Of a stretch of 64,000 bases of DNA, positions 1-12,119 are shown piece by piece. Position numbers and translations under genes: made by a program. The stretch is taken from the NCBI RefSeq assembly GCF_902713615.1, contig NW_024056013.1, forward strand, positions 1 through 64,000, written 5' to 3'. The first letter of the stretch is position 1. Each line of letters opens with the position of its first letter. The DNA comes from Scyliorhinus canicula (taxonomy: Eukaryota). Below the pieces are notes generated by a model, which was given only the letters and a program-made list of their open reading frames with translations, was not told where the DNA came from and searched no databases.

Positions 1-125
1 AGGTGGATTGGGCATGATAAATTGCCCTTAAGTGTCCAACAAGGTTAGTTGGGGTGTGGGTGCGCTTTCCAAGAGCCGGTGCAGAGTCAGTGGGCAGAAT
101 GGACTCCTTCTGCACTGTAAATCCT
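1..125 (+). mobile_element. 3' part of V-domain (HE1-like) SINE
   Basis: aggtggattgg..atgataaattgcccttaagtgtcc...ccttctgcactgtaaat matches the 3' half of full copies, e.g. 7482-7830. Confidence 0.8.
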
Positions 126-1210
126 CTGGGGTAGAGAATTCCAAAGCTTCACCACATCCTCGAGTAAAGAAATCCCTCCTCATCTCAGCTTTCTCTCCAT
201 TTTCCTGCCAGTTTCCCATAACCCTCGTCGCCCTCAATTAGAAATCTGTCTGTGGGGTGGATGGGTGGGGGGTCGATTTTTTACCTCAGTCATCAGGTAT
301 GTTCAAGACAAATATTGATAGGTTTCTAGATATTGAAGATATCGAGGGATATGGGGATTGTGTGGGAAAATGGTGTTGAGAAAGATCAACCAAGGATCTC
401 GTTGAATAGTTGAACAGACTCAGTGGGCCGAATGGCATACTCTTGCTCCTATTCTAATCTCCGTCTCCTGGTCAGGAAGCAGTGAGCTGAGCTTGGATCT
501 GTCAATCAACATGAATCAGCACCTTCAGGAGAATTGGGAGGGTGAATATTAGATACAGCAGAGTGAGAATGGAGGGAGAGTGTGTGGGATGGAGATTTAC
601 AGCTTTTGGAGAACAAGACGAAATTATGTTCCATAAGAACTAGAATTGTCCTGAATTTTAATAATAATGATCTTGATTGTCACAGGTAGGCTTACATTGC
701 AATGATGTTCCTGTTAATTTCTATTCTGTACTAACTGATGACTTTTGTGAATTTAAAGGATGTTGGAAGAGGAGGAATTATAGACAGAAATCTCAAACAT
801 CTCGTCTCGATGTGACAAACTCTCTCGATTAATTCTGAACTGAATATCATTGGGTTCTGAATATCATCGGCAAGAAGGAGAAATGTTTTTCCAATCTGTC
901 GGCTTCAAAAGATTTAAATGTGAATGTGACTGGAAAAGCACCGAGACCCACACAACACACACCCGAGTGAGAGTGTTCCAGTGAACTGACTGTGGAAACA
1001 TCAGTGTGACTGGAAAAGCACCGAGACCCACACAACACACACCCGAGTGAGAGAGTTCCAGTGAACTGACTGTGAAAAGAGCTTCAACTGTTACACAGCC
1101 TGAAAAAATATCACGTCTTTCACAGTGAGGAGAGACAGTGCACATGTTCTGTGTGTAGACAAAGCTTCCACTGATTGTCCAATCTGGAGAGACACGAGGA
1201 GACCCAAAAC

Positions 1211-2095
1211 ATGGAGAAACCATGGAAATGTGGGGACTGTGGGAAGGGATTCAGAGTCCCATCTGTGCTGGAGATTCATCGCCGCAGTCACACTGGAGAG
1301 AGACCGTTCATCTGCTCTCAGTGTGAGAAGGGATTCATTGATTTATCCACCCTGCGGAAACACCAGCGCGTTCACACTGGGGAGAGGCCGTTCACCTGTT
1401 CCAAGTGTGGGAAGGAATTCACTCAAGCATCCAACCTGCAGAAACACCAGCGAGTTCACACTGGGGAGAGGCCATTCACCTGCTCTCAGTGCGGGAAGGG
1501 ATTTATTGATTCATCTACCCTGTGGAAACATCAGCAAATTCACACTGGGGAGAAGACATTCACCTGCTCTGAATGTGGGAAGGGATTCACTCAGTTATCC
1601 ACCCTGCAGACACACCAGCGAATTCACACTGGGGAGAAGCCATTCACCTGCTCTCAGTGTGGGAAGGGATTCACTCAGTTATCCACCCTGCAGTCACACC
1701 AGCGAGTTCACACTGGGGAGAAGCCATTCACCTGCTCTCAGTGTGGGAAGGGATTTATTGATTCATCCACCCTACGGAAACATAGGCGAATTCACACTGG
1801 GGAGAAGCCATTCACCTGCTCCGTCTGTGGGAATGAATTCACACAGTTATCCAGTCTGCAGTCACACCAGCGAGTTCACACTGGGGAGAAGCCATTCACC
1901 TGCTCTCAGTGTGGGAAGAGATTTGTTGATTCATCCACCCTGCGGAAACATCAGCGAATTCACACTGGTGAGAAGCCATTCACCTGCTCTCAATGTGGGA
2001 AGGGATTCACTCAGTTATCCACCCTGCAGTCACACCAGCGAATTCACACTGGGGAGAAACCATTCACCTGCTCTGTGTGGGAAGGGATTTATTGA
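1211..2095 (+). CDS. C2H2 zinc-finger protein, 10 intact fingers, then frameshifted
   Basis: ATG at 1211 ([10 protein letters not shown]); CxxC-x12-HxxxH repeats with TGE(K/R)P linkers; 2-bp loss near 2075 (tgctctgtgtgggaag) ends the frame at 2095. Confidence 0.85.
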   Translation: MEKPWKCGDCGKGFRVPSVLEIHRRSHTGERPFICSQCEKGFIDLSTLRKHQRVHTGERPFTCSKCGKEFTQASNLQKHQRVHTGERPFTCSQCGKGFIDSSTLWKHQQIHTGEKTFTCSECGKGFTQLSTLQTHQRIHTGEKPFTCSQCGKGFTQLSTLQSHQRVHTGEKPFTCSQCGKGFIDSSTLRKHRRIHTGEKPFTCSVCGNEFTQLSSLQSHQRVHTGEKPFTCSQCGKRFVDSSTLRKHQRIHTGEKPFTCSQCGKGFTQLSTLQSHQRIHTGEKPFTCSVWEGIY

Positions 2096-2342
2096 TTCAT
2101 CCACCCTGCGGAAACATCAGCGAATTCACACTGGGGAGAAGCCATTCACCTGCTCGCCGTGTGGGAAGGGATTCACTCCAGCATCCAACCTGCGGAAACA
2201 TCAGCGAGTTCACACTGAGGAGAGACCATTCACCTGCTCTCAGTGTGGGAAGGAATTCCCTCAGTTATCCAGTCTGCAGAGACATCAGCGAGTTCACACT
2301 GGGGAGAGACCATTCACCTGCTCACAGTGTGGGCAGGGATTA
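2075..2342 (+). pseudogene. Out-of-frame continuation of the ZNF array (about 3.5 fingers), cut by a CR1 insertion
   Basis: ORF 1125..2354 ends [18 protein letters not shown]...FTCSQCGQG and runs into a LINE tail. Confidence 0.85.
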
Positions 2343-4480
2343 CATAGAAAATAGGAGCAGGAACAGATCATTTGGCCTTTTGCGCCTGCTCTGCCATTCA
2401 TTATGGTCATGGCTTATCATTCAACTCAATAGCCAAATCCCGCTTTCCCCTCCATATCCTTTGATCCCCTTCGCCCAAAGTGCTATATCTAAATGTTTCT
2501 TGAAAACATACAATATATTGGCCTCAACTATTTCCTGTGGTAACAAATTCCACAGACTCACCACTCTCTGGATGAAGAAATCTCTCCTCATCTCTGTCCT
2601 AAACTGGGGCAGCACGGTGGCACAGTGGGTTAGCCCTGCTGCCTCACGGCGCCGAGGTCCCAGGTTTGATCCCGGCTCTGGGTCATTGTCCATGTAGAGT
2701 TTGCATATTCTCCCCATGTCTGTGTAGGTTTTGTCCCCACAATCCAAAGATGTGCAGGTTAGGTGGATTGGCCATGCTAAATTGCCCCTTAATTGGAAAA
2801 AATTAATTGGGTACTTTAAATTTTTTTTAAAATATATGTCCTAAATGGTCTCCCCCGTATCCTCAGATGGTGACATCTGGTTCTGTACACGCCCACCATC
2901 GTGAAAATCTTTCCTGCATCTACCCTGTCAAGTCCTGTTAGAATATTATAGGTTTCAATGAGATTTCTCCCCCCCCCCCCCCCCCCCCCTTCATTCTTGT
3001 CAATGCCAGCAAATACAAACCTAACTGATTCAGTCTCTCATGCAACTGTCCCACCATGCTAGGAATCAGCTTGGAAAACCTGCGCTGTGATCCCTCTTGC
3101 GCAAGAACATCCTTCCTCAGATTCGGAGACCAAAACTGCACACAATATTCTCGGCAAGCCCCTGTATAATTGCAGCAAGATATCCCCGCTTCTGTACTCT
3201 AATCCGCTCGCAATGAAGGCTAGCATATCATTTGCTTTCTTTACCGCCTGCTGTAGCTGCATGTTTACCTTTAGCGACTGCTGTATGAGGATACCCAGAT
3301 CTCGTTGCACATTCCCTTCTAATTCATGACCAATCAGATAATAGTCTGCCTTCTTGCTTATGCTCCCAAAAGTGGATAACCTTGCATTTCTCATAATTAT
3401 ACTGCATCTGCCATTCATTTGCCCACTCACTCAACTTGTCCAAATCACTCTGAAGGATCTCTGCATCCTACTCACAGCCCCCCTCCGCCTCCCGGCCTAA
3501 GCAACTTGGTGTCATCTGCAAATTTGGAGATATTGCATTTTGTTCCCTCATCTAAATTGTTAATATATAGGGTGACACAGTGGTTTGCACTGCTCCCTCA
3601 CGGAGCTGAAGACGAGGGTTCAATCCTGGCCCTGGATCACTGTCCATGTGGAGAGAAGTTCCCCCCTGTTTGTGTGGGTCTCACTCCTATAAACCAATGA
3701 TGTGCAGGGTACGTGAATAGTTTTTGAACCAATTTTCTGACCATCTCAATACACTACCCCTAATCCCATGTGCTTTAATTTTACACGCTAATCTCTTGTG
3801 CGGGACTTTGTCAAAAGCCATCTGAGAGTCCAAATATACCACATCCACTGGCTCCCCCTCATCAACTCTACCAATTACACCCTTGAAGAATTCAGTAGAT
3901 CTGTCAAGCATGATTTCCTCTTCACAAATCCATGCTGACTCTGTCCGATCCTGCCACTGGTTTCTAAGTGCTTTGCTTTAAAATCTTTGATAATGGATTC
4001 TAAAATTTTCTCCACTGCCGATGTCAGGCTTACTGGTCTATAATTCCCTGTTTTCTCTCTGTATCCTTTTTAAATAGTTGAATTTCATAAACCACCCTCC
4101 AGTCTGCAGGAATTGTTCCAGGGTCTATGGAATCCTGGAAGATGACCACCAATGCATCCACTATTTCGAGAGCCTGAAGTACTTTGGTCGCAGATTATCA
4201 GGCCCTGGGGATTTATCAGCCTTCAATCCCATCAATTTCCCCAACACCATTTCTTTACTAATATTGATCTTCAGTTCCTCCCTCTCACTAAATCCTGCGT
4301 TCCCCAACATTTCTGGTATCTGATTTGTGGCTTCATTTGTGAAGACAGAACCAAAGTATGTATTTATTTGCTCAGCCATTTCTTTGTTCCCTATTATACA
4401 TTCCCCTGTTTCCGATTGTAAGGAACCTACATTTGTCTTCACCAATCTTTTTCTCTTCACATACTGACAGAAACTTTTAC
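2341..4480 (-). mobile_element. CR1/HER1-type LINE, 5'-truncated and decayed, with nested SINEs
   Basis: Minus-strand ORF2 peptides VDVVYLDSQMAFDKVPHKRL, KSPGPDNLRP, VQRDLGIL, FFIQRVVSLWNLLP; 3' tail at about 2341. Confidence 0.9.
2605..2830 (+). mobile_element. V-domain SINE (short variant) nested in CR1
   Basis: ggggcagcacggtggcacagtgg head, ccaggtttgatccc B-box, ttaggtggattggccatgctaaattgccc. Confidence 0.85.
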
Positions 4481-4682
4481 AATCAGCCTAATTTCCTGTT
4501 TTATGCCATTCCCAACATCACCACTCAGTTTGGGGATTTCTTTACAAATTTATTTCCACCTTGGTGTTTCTCAGCTCTACCCATACAGATTCCACATTAT
4601 CGGAGCTAATATCCTTCCTCACTATTGCATTAATTTCCTCTTTAACCAGCACTGCCACTCCACTGCCTTTTCCTTTTTGTTC

Positions 4683-4755
4683 AGGCCGTTCAGCTGCCCT
4701 CAATGTGCGAAGGGATTCATCGCTCTTTCTGAGACACCAACAAATTCACAACTGA
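4683..4755 (+). pseudogene. Stranded terminal zinc finger of the 1211 gene, followed by the family 3'UTR
   Basis: aggccgttcagctgccctcaatgtgcgaagggattc...cacaactga reads RPFSCPQCAKGF; the downstream sequence matches the 3'UTR at 50785 and 18170. Confidence 0.75.
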
Positions 4756-7481
4756 TTACAGGGATTGGATTCTGCTGTTATTGTTTCTGTTCTCAATTAC
4801 ATCCAGGACTGCATTTTGTTCATTCTGTTGGTCAATGGGGATGGTCAGAGGGTTTCTTTCTGCTGGACTGGCCGGTCTCACGGCTTCGTCTCCAGTGGGC
4901 TGATTCTCTCTGAGCCTTCTTGCGAATATCTGATTGCACATTTCACAAGGATCAAAGATTGAAAGGGTGTTTGGAGGTTAGAAGATGTTTCATTACCATT
5001 TCTGTTTGGAAACCCCCAAAATCATGCCACATCGCCATGAAGATGGGCTATGGTGGTTACATGGTTCTTTTGTTTAATATTTCTTGGTGGTCCTCAAGAG
5101 AAGAAAACTATCAGGGTATGAGGGGCATGTTGTCTGAGGTGCACTGGGAAACTACTGTAAATAGTATGGTGGGTGACAGGCAATCACTAATATTTAAGGA
5201 ATTATTACAGATTTACATGGGGTTCGGTTCGCTCAGTTGACTGGATGGCTGGTTTGTGCTGAGTGACACCAACAGCACAGGTTAAATTCCCATACCGGCT
5301 GAGGTTAGCCATGGTCTCTGTCAGTATTGATGCTGCACATTAGCCTCCACCCACCCCTTTATAACCCCCCCCCCCATCAGCATTTCCTTCTATTCCTTTC
5401 TCCCTCATGTATGTATCTAGCTTTACGTTCAATGGATTCATGCTGTTGACCTCAACCACTCGCTGTGGGAGCGAGTTCCACATTCTCACCACTCGCTGAG
5501 TAAAGAGGTTTCCACCGAAATTCTTATTGGATTATTGAATCCCTTCATAATCTCAAAGACTTTCATCAGTCTTCTCTTTTCCATAATAAAGCAGCCCCAG
5601 CCTTTCCTGAGTGTTAAATGCTCTCAGTTCTGTATATTATGAATCTTTGTTGCACCTTATCCAGTGCTTCTATTTCCTTTATCGAAATGGAGATCACCAA
5701 TGTTGACAGAGCTCCCAGTGTAGTCGAACCATCGTTTTAAACAAGTTGGGCATTTCCTCCGTGCTTTTCAATTCTATCCCTCTAGAATGGAACCCTATAT
5801 ATGGGTCCTACACTTTAGGAAATATGTGAAGTTCTTCGAGAGGTGTGGAGGACATTTACAAGAATGGGACCAGAGATGAGAGACTCCAGTTAGTTGGAGT
5901 GACTGGAGCAGCTGAATTTCTCTCCTGAGATCACAGCATCTGGAGGATGGGGAATGGGGCCATTCAGCCCTTTGGGACCGTGTGGGCTCCCTGCGGAGGA
6001 AGCCAGTCTGTCCATTGCCCCGTTCTGTCCCCAAATCCCTGTGGGTTTATTTCTCTCAGTGCTTGTCCAATTTCCTATTGCAATCCTTCGGTCATCTCTG
6101 CATCTCCTACCCTCATAGGCAGTAGGTTCCAGGTTGTTACCACTCGCTTTACATGTACACAAAGCTGCTAGAGCACAGAGGAGTCTATTTGGCCCATTTT
6201 CCTGTGCCAGCTCTTTGTACAGCGACCCATTTAATCCCAGAGTTCAACTGTTTTGTTTTATTTTTCAGAATGCATCTAATTGCATTTTGGAAGTTACAGT
6301 CCAATGAGATTCTGGCACCATTTACAGACAGTCCATTCCAAATCACAACAACTCGCTGTGTTTTACAACAAATAATTGTGGATATGGTGTGTCTGGAGTT
6401 TCACAGAGTATTGAAAATGGTGTCAATGCCATTGTTATGACACAAAATGAAGACTCGGTCTTCATCAATGATTCTGGTGAGGACACGGAGTGTAATTTAT
6501 CCTAATTTGTGAATAATTAGAACAAATGTCCATTTCTGGAAAATCTCTCACTACCACTGGACCTCCCAAAGTGTTTTAAAGCCAATGGAGTACTTTTGAA
6601 ACATATTCACTGTTGTAATGTAGGAAGCTGTAAGTACGGATGTGTAATCACATTTAGTTCTAAGATTGTTATTTTCATAGTCTATTCACTGTCATTAGTA
6701 ACAAGGTCAAAGAAGCCCTTTTATACCTCTCACACGTGGTTTCCTGCAGCCATTTTCACCTTCTGTACCTTTACTATATTAACATTTGATTTCATAGCAA
6801 AAAACAATCATTAAATTAATGATTATTCAGTCGTGAACATTGATTATCAGTAGCAAATTGGTGTATTGGGTAATTCTATTGCAAAGACTCGATCTTTATT
6901 TTAAAAAATAACACTATCAACCAAAATGTTTCCAGAAACTGCAGAGCTGTCAGAATTTGTTTGAAGAAATAAATTGCTTTATAATTTTGAGAAGTTACTA
7001 GACATCATATTCTGCCAAGTCTATGTGGGTTAGGCAGAGGCGTAATGGTATCGTTACTGAGCTAGTAATCCAGAGACTCAGGTTAATGCTGGGGTTCTGG
7101 GATCGAATCTGGCTCCAACAGATATTGTAATTGAATAAAAGTCTCAAATTAAAAGTCAAATGTTGACATTGTGGCTTGTTGTAAAAACCTGTCTGGTTCA
7201 TTAATGTCCTTCAGGAAACCTGCTCTCCTTACGTGGTCTGACTCCAGATCCACAGCAATGTTGTGGTTGACCTGAATGTGCCCCTGAAATTGCCTCAAAA
7301 GACACACCGTTCAAGGACAATTGGAATGAGCAGTAAATGCTGGTCCAGCTAGTGACACCCACCTCCCATGAGTGAATACTTTTTAAGAAGGCTCTTTGTT
7401 CAGTTTGAAGATGAGTAAGAAACTGTCTCTTTGATTGGATTTCATTTATTATCACGTGTACCGAGGTACAGTGAAAAGTAT

Positions 7482-7830
7482 TGGGGCAGCACGGTAGCAT
7501 TGTGGATAGCACAATCACTTCACAGCTCCAGGGTCCCAGGGTTGATTCCGGCTTGGGTCACTGTCTGTGCAGAGTTTGCACATCCTCCCCGTGTGTGCGT
7601 GGGTTTCCTCCGGGTGCTCCGGTTTCCTCCCACAGTCCAAAGATGTGCAGGTTAGGTGGATTGGCCATGATAAATTCCCCTTAGTGTCCAAAGTTGCCCT
7701 TAGTGTTGGGTGGGGTTACTGGGTTATGGGGATAGGGTGGAGCTGTTAACCTTGGTTAGGGTGCTCTTTCCTGGAGCCGGTCCAGACTCGATGGGCCGAA
7801 TGGCCTCCTTCTGCACTGTAAATTCTATGT
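7482..7830 (+). mobile_element. Full-length V-domain SINE, specific to copy A
   Basis: tRNA-like head, V-domain gggtttcctccgggtgctccggtttcctcccacagtccaaagatgtgc, CR1-like tail; empty site at about 22505 in copy B. Confidence 0.9.
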
Positions 7831-8750
7831 ATTGTTCTGCGTACAGTCCAGACAGACATTGCATACATGAAAAAATAAAGTGAGGATCTTGGCAGTTTGC
7901 TCAGTTCACAAAAGAAGTTAATGGCTTTGTCGACGCAGATTAATATTTTAATCACCATCCAAAAGATATTGAATGGTAATGTGTGCTCACATAGACAGAA
8001 CTGAAATGGAGGAAATAGCAGAGATTTAACTGAACCACATTTTTGAAAGTTTCGGCCTTAATGACAGAGAAACAGGAAAAGCCACTCAGGGAGATGAGGA
8101 AATCCTGGTTCAGTGCGGATTTGCTGTCACCCCTCCTTTCTTATCCATGAACGGGATTTAGGCTGCAGAATGTTTCACACCAAAACACAGAGGGGTCAAA
8201 TATAAGCAACACATAATTCTCAATTCACTTACATTTAACTCTATTTAAATTTGTTTAAAAGCTGACAGTGGTGAAACTCGACAAATATTCATGGGATTTG
8301 TATTACCCAGTGACAAGCTTTCTTTTCTTGGTCAGTCATGTGTTCAATTCAATGGTGTATATTTCAGAGTTATTCAGTGTGAAGACTCGAGAGCTATTCA
8401 ATTCAAAATGAAGTCATATATAACAAATAAATAAACTGACGTTCAACATTGAATAACAAAACATATTGAGTAAAATTGGTGGAAGATAAGAATGATGCAC
8501 TGATGATTGAACAGAAAACATTGTTCCGTTAGATATTTACTGAACAAATGCTAAAGTTCAATATAAGTCCGATATCTTATTGTCTTACAAGTTGAGACAT
8601 TGGTTTTAAAGGAACAGCTGTCTTCATGTGATCAGTGACCTGGCCTTCCAGCCGAACCATTGAAATCTACAGCAAGACTGTGCAGTTGAATGTTGCACAG
8701 GTCCATTGGTACTGTGCTTCCAGCTATTTCTGTAGCATGTACTGCCAACT

Positions 8751-8822
8751 GTTTCTGTAGTATAGCAGTTTTTACATTCGCCTAACATGAGAAAGGTGCC
8801 TGGTTCGAAACTGGCAAAAGCA
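8751..8822 (+). pseudogene. tRNA-Val(AAC) pseudogene
   Basis: gtttctgtagtatagcagtttttacattcgcctAACatgagaaaggtgcctggttcgaaactggcaaaagca aligns end to end with vertebrate tRNA-Val-AAC; D-loop and stems mutated. Confidence 0.8.
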
Positions 8823-9057
8823 ATAAATGCTTTTCATTTATTTAAAATAAATTTTGAGGGTGGGGGGCAATTTAGCGTGGCCAATCCACTTAACTCACAC
8901 ATCTTTGGGTTGTGAGGGTGAAACCCACACAGACACGGGGAGAATGTGCAAACTCCACACAGACAGTGATCCAGGGCCGGGATTTGAACCCAGGTCCTCA
9001 GCGCCGTAGGCTGCAATGCTAACCACTGCCACGTGCTGCCCAAAATGCTTCCCATAC

Positions 9058-10215
9058 ATGATGTGGCAATGCCGGCGTTGGACTGAGGTGAGCACGGTAA
9101 GAAGTCTTACAACACCAGGTTAAAGTCCAACAGGGCTGTTTCGAATCACTTGCTTTTGGAGCACAGCTCCGTCCAAGGGTAAATGAAGATGTGGGTTCCA
9201 CAAACATATGTAGAAAAATTCAATGATGCAAGACGTTAATTTGGATGTGAGTCCTTGCAGGTAATTTAAGTCTTTACAGGTCCAGATGGTGCGACTGGAG
9301 AGGGGGATAATCACAGATTAAAGAGGTGTGAATTGTATCAATCCAGGACAGTTGGTAGGGTTTTGTAAGCCCAGGACAGATGGTGGGTGGTGAATAATGC
9401 AACATGAATCCTAGGTCTTGATTGAGGCTGTCGCCATGTGTGTGGAACTTGGCTATCAGTTTCTGCTGAGCGATTCTGCATTGCAATGCGTCCTGAAGGC
9501 TGCCTTGTAGAACACTTACCTGAAGATCAGAGACTGATTGCCGTTGACTACTGAAGTGTTCCCGACTGGAAGGGAACATTCCTGCCTGGCAGTTGTCATG
9601 CAGTGGTTTAGCTCAGTGGGCTAGACAGCTTGTTTGTGGTGCAGAACAAGGCCAGCAGCGCAGGTTCAATTCCTGTACCAGCTTACCCAGACAGGCACCA
9701 GAATGTGGCGACTAGGGGCTTTTCACAGTAACGTCATACAGCGTCTGCATTGTCCCACTAATGTACCATGCTCGGGACATCCTTTCCTGCAGCATATGAG
9801 GTAGACAACGTTAGCTGAGTCGCACGAGTATGTACCGCGTACCTGGTGGTTGGTGTTCTCACGTGTAATGATGCAACCCATGTTGATGATCTGGCACATC
9901 TTGCAGAGGTTGCCATGGCAGAGTTGTGTGATGTTGTGGTCACAATATCCTGAAGGCTGTAATTTGCTGCAAACAATGGTCTGTTTGAGGTTGCGCAGTT
10001 GTTTGAAAGCAAGTAGTGGGGGTGTGGGGATGGCCTTGACAACATGTTCGTCTTCAACGATGTCTCGTTGAAGGCTGCGAAGATGATGTCATAGTTTTTC
10101 CGCTCCCGGGAATTCAGGCAAATGAGGCTCCGGGAGTTCTTCCACAGACCCCAGGAAGCCGACAGTGAACCCAATGAGACAACCAGTGAACTGGAACAGC
10201 AGACCGAGATATCTG
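9058..10215 (-). mobile_element. Penelope-like element fragment (GIY-YIG region plus pLTR end)
   Basis: Reverse complement of 28.9-29.9 kb; peptide EHFSSQ..SDLQVSVLQG..IAQQKLIAKFHTH; decayed hammerhead motif at about 9145-9185. Confidence 0.85.
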
Positions 10216-10454
10216 TGGGACTGGAAGATCCAGCCAGCAGGACGGACTGGAAAACCCCACGCATTGAAACAATCCGATCAGTTGATTCTGCTGATCCTCT
10301 TCCACTATTGCCTCGAAAGTCCTTTCTCGTCCAAATTCTGAACTCACATCTTTCTCCTCTTTTCCTGCTATCTCCCATCATGCTCTCTGAGCTCATCTTG
10401 TCTCTGATACTTACCCTTTGCTCCTTTGGCTCGATTCTCATTCAACTGTTGAGC

Positions 10455-10960
10455 ATCCAATTTCCACAATCTCTACATTTCCATGGTACCTCCATGGAGT
10501 CAGTGTCCTTGTGCATTTCCTCTTTAGACAATCAAGTGAAGCTTGGTCCTCACACAGAACACGTGTATGGTTTCTCCCCTTAGTGAATGGTGTGTTTTTT
10601 CAGGCTGTAACTAGTGAAAGCTGTTTCCACAGTCCGTCCACTGGAACACACTCACTCGGGTGCTTGTGTATCTCGGTGTTTTTCCAGTCACACATATGTT
10701 TGAAATATTTTCCCACAAACAGAACAAACATTTTTCATTCCACATTCATAGTCGAAGGATATTCAGGTCCTGATCAATTGAGTGACACAGTCAGATCTTA
10801 ATGTGATATTTCGAGTTTACAAAGGCCACACCATCAGTCCAGGTCAGAAATTCAGAACAGACAATTCCAGTTTCTGGGGAACATTTTTTTCTCTCTTCTT
10901 TCCCCAAAGCTGTAAATCTCCATCCCACACACTCTCCCTCCTCCCTGGGCTGAAATCCAA
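10455..10960 (-). pseudogene. Truncated ZNF gene relic (leader plus first half-finger)
   Basis: Minus strand reads MEVPWKCRDCGN from ATG at 10495, preceded by the family leader and intron sequence. Confidence 0.75.
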
Positions 10961-11249
10961 ATAAAGTATTTAATCGTTATTTCTGTATCCTTTTACCAAA
11001 GTTATATAATTCAAGGTAAGAATATCCGTTATAAGTCACTTCATTCATGACTGAATCTGAATCACCCTGACTGAGCAGACGGAATAACAGATGTTAACCT
11101 TGTGTCCAGAACTGGCTGTGAAGGTTTGATGAGCAATCGCGAAGGTCTTCTCTCCAAATCTGGTTCTCTTCCTGCTTCCGAAATAAATTCAATCAAATAT
11201 GGAGAAGACTGAATCCACTCTGAAGTCCCTGCTCCAACCTTCATTCCTG

Positions 11250-12032
11250 CCATACTGACACCATCCCTCTCCTTGGCAACATTCTGAGACTTAGCCAGTC
11301 TCTTTGTAAACTTGGTTTCACATTTGATCCAATATGAGCTTCTGACCTCATAGAATTTACAATGCAGAAGGAGGCCATTCAGCCCATTGTGTCTGCACCG
11401 GCCCCTGGAAAGAGCACCCTACCTAAGCACACACCTCCACCTATCCCCGTAACCCCACCTAACCTTTTTAGATACGAAGGCAATTTACCATCGCCAGATT
11501 CGACAATTCAATTACACAACTGGCTGCTCTCCCACATTCTACCTTTGTAAACTTAAATCTATCCAAAAGTTTGCGACCCATGTCATAATTCACAGCAAGT
11601 TCCTTTCCCCTAAGATCCCTGTGCGCTCAGACTTGCATTCACTCCCAGTCAATTCTCACCCTTGTTTTCAAATCCCTCCATGGCCTCCTCTCTCCCTGTG
11701 TCTGTCATCTCCTCCAGCTCCACAACCCCCTGAGATATCTGCACAGCTCTGATCCTGGACTCTTGCACACCCCCGATTCTAATTACTCCGCAACGGTTTT
11801 AAGTTCCCTCAGCCCCAAGCACTGAATTCCCTCCCGAAACCTCCCCGTCTCCACCTCACTTACCTCCTTTCAGACTCTGTAAAACTCACCTCTATGACCA
11901 AGTTTTTGGTCACCTGCCCTAATATCTCCTTTTGTGTCTGGGTTTCTCACTTTGTTTTATAATATTCCTGTGAAGTTGACTGGGATGATTTATGATGTTA
12001 AAGGTGTTATATAAATAGAAGTTGTTGTTGTT
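11250..12032 (+). mobile_element. L2-type LINE 3' fragment with nested SINE tail
   Basis: Ends cctgtgaag...gttaaaggtgttatataaatagaagttgttgttg, typical of L2 tails; no ORF. Confidence 0.6.
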
Positions 12033-12119
12033 GACTGTAACCCTGACCTCCTGTTTTACAATATCCCATTGGTTTCACAACAAACTCTATCTCTGATGTT
12101 TTGCCCCCTGCGGGTTTGC

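Larger units (their letters stand above)
2200..10460 (+). repeat. Segmental duplication copy A (direct repeat of about 16400-26710)
   Basis: Collinear matches 4765/18179, 5795/20280, 6596/21073, 7850/22510, 8400/23220, 9060/25130, 10230/26450. Confidence 0.9.

Noticed and set aside
1050-1175. Selenocysteine or readthrough of leader TGAs (FQ*TDC resembles UxxC)
   Set aside because: Leaders are frameshifted differently in different paralogs, one pair has a CR1 tail before the ATG, and no AUGA..AA..GA SECIS was evident by eye in the shared 3'UTR; a SECISearch hit plus open leaders would reopen this
1125-2075. Alternative-frame ORFs over ZNF arrays ([18 protein letters not shown]), also 14257, 16272, 50310
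   Set aside because: Known shadow frames of C2H2 repeats
5220-5310. Functional tRNA genes
   Set aside because: tRNA-like stretches are SINE heads or mutated relics; no intact cloverleaf found
7431-7749. Recurring short ORFs such as [24 protein letters not shown]
   Set aside because: Translations of V-SINE sequence
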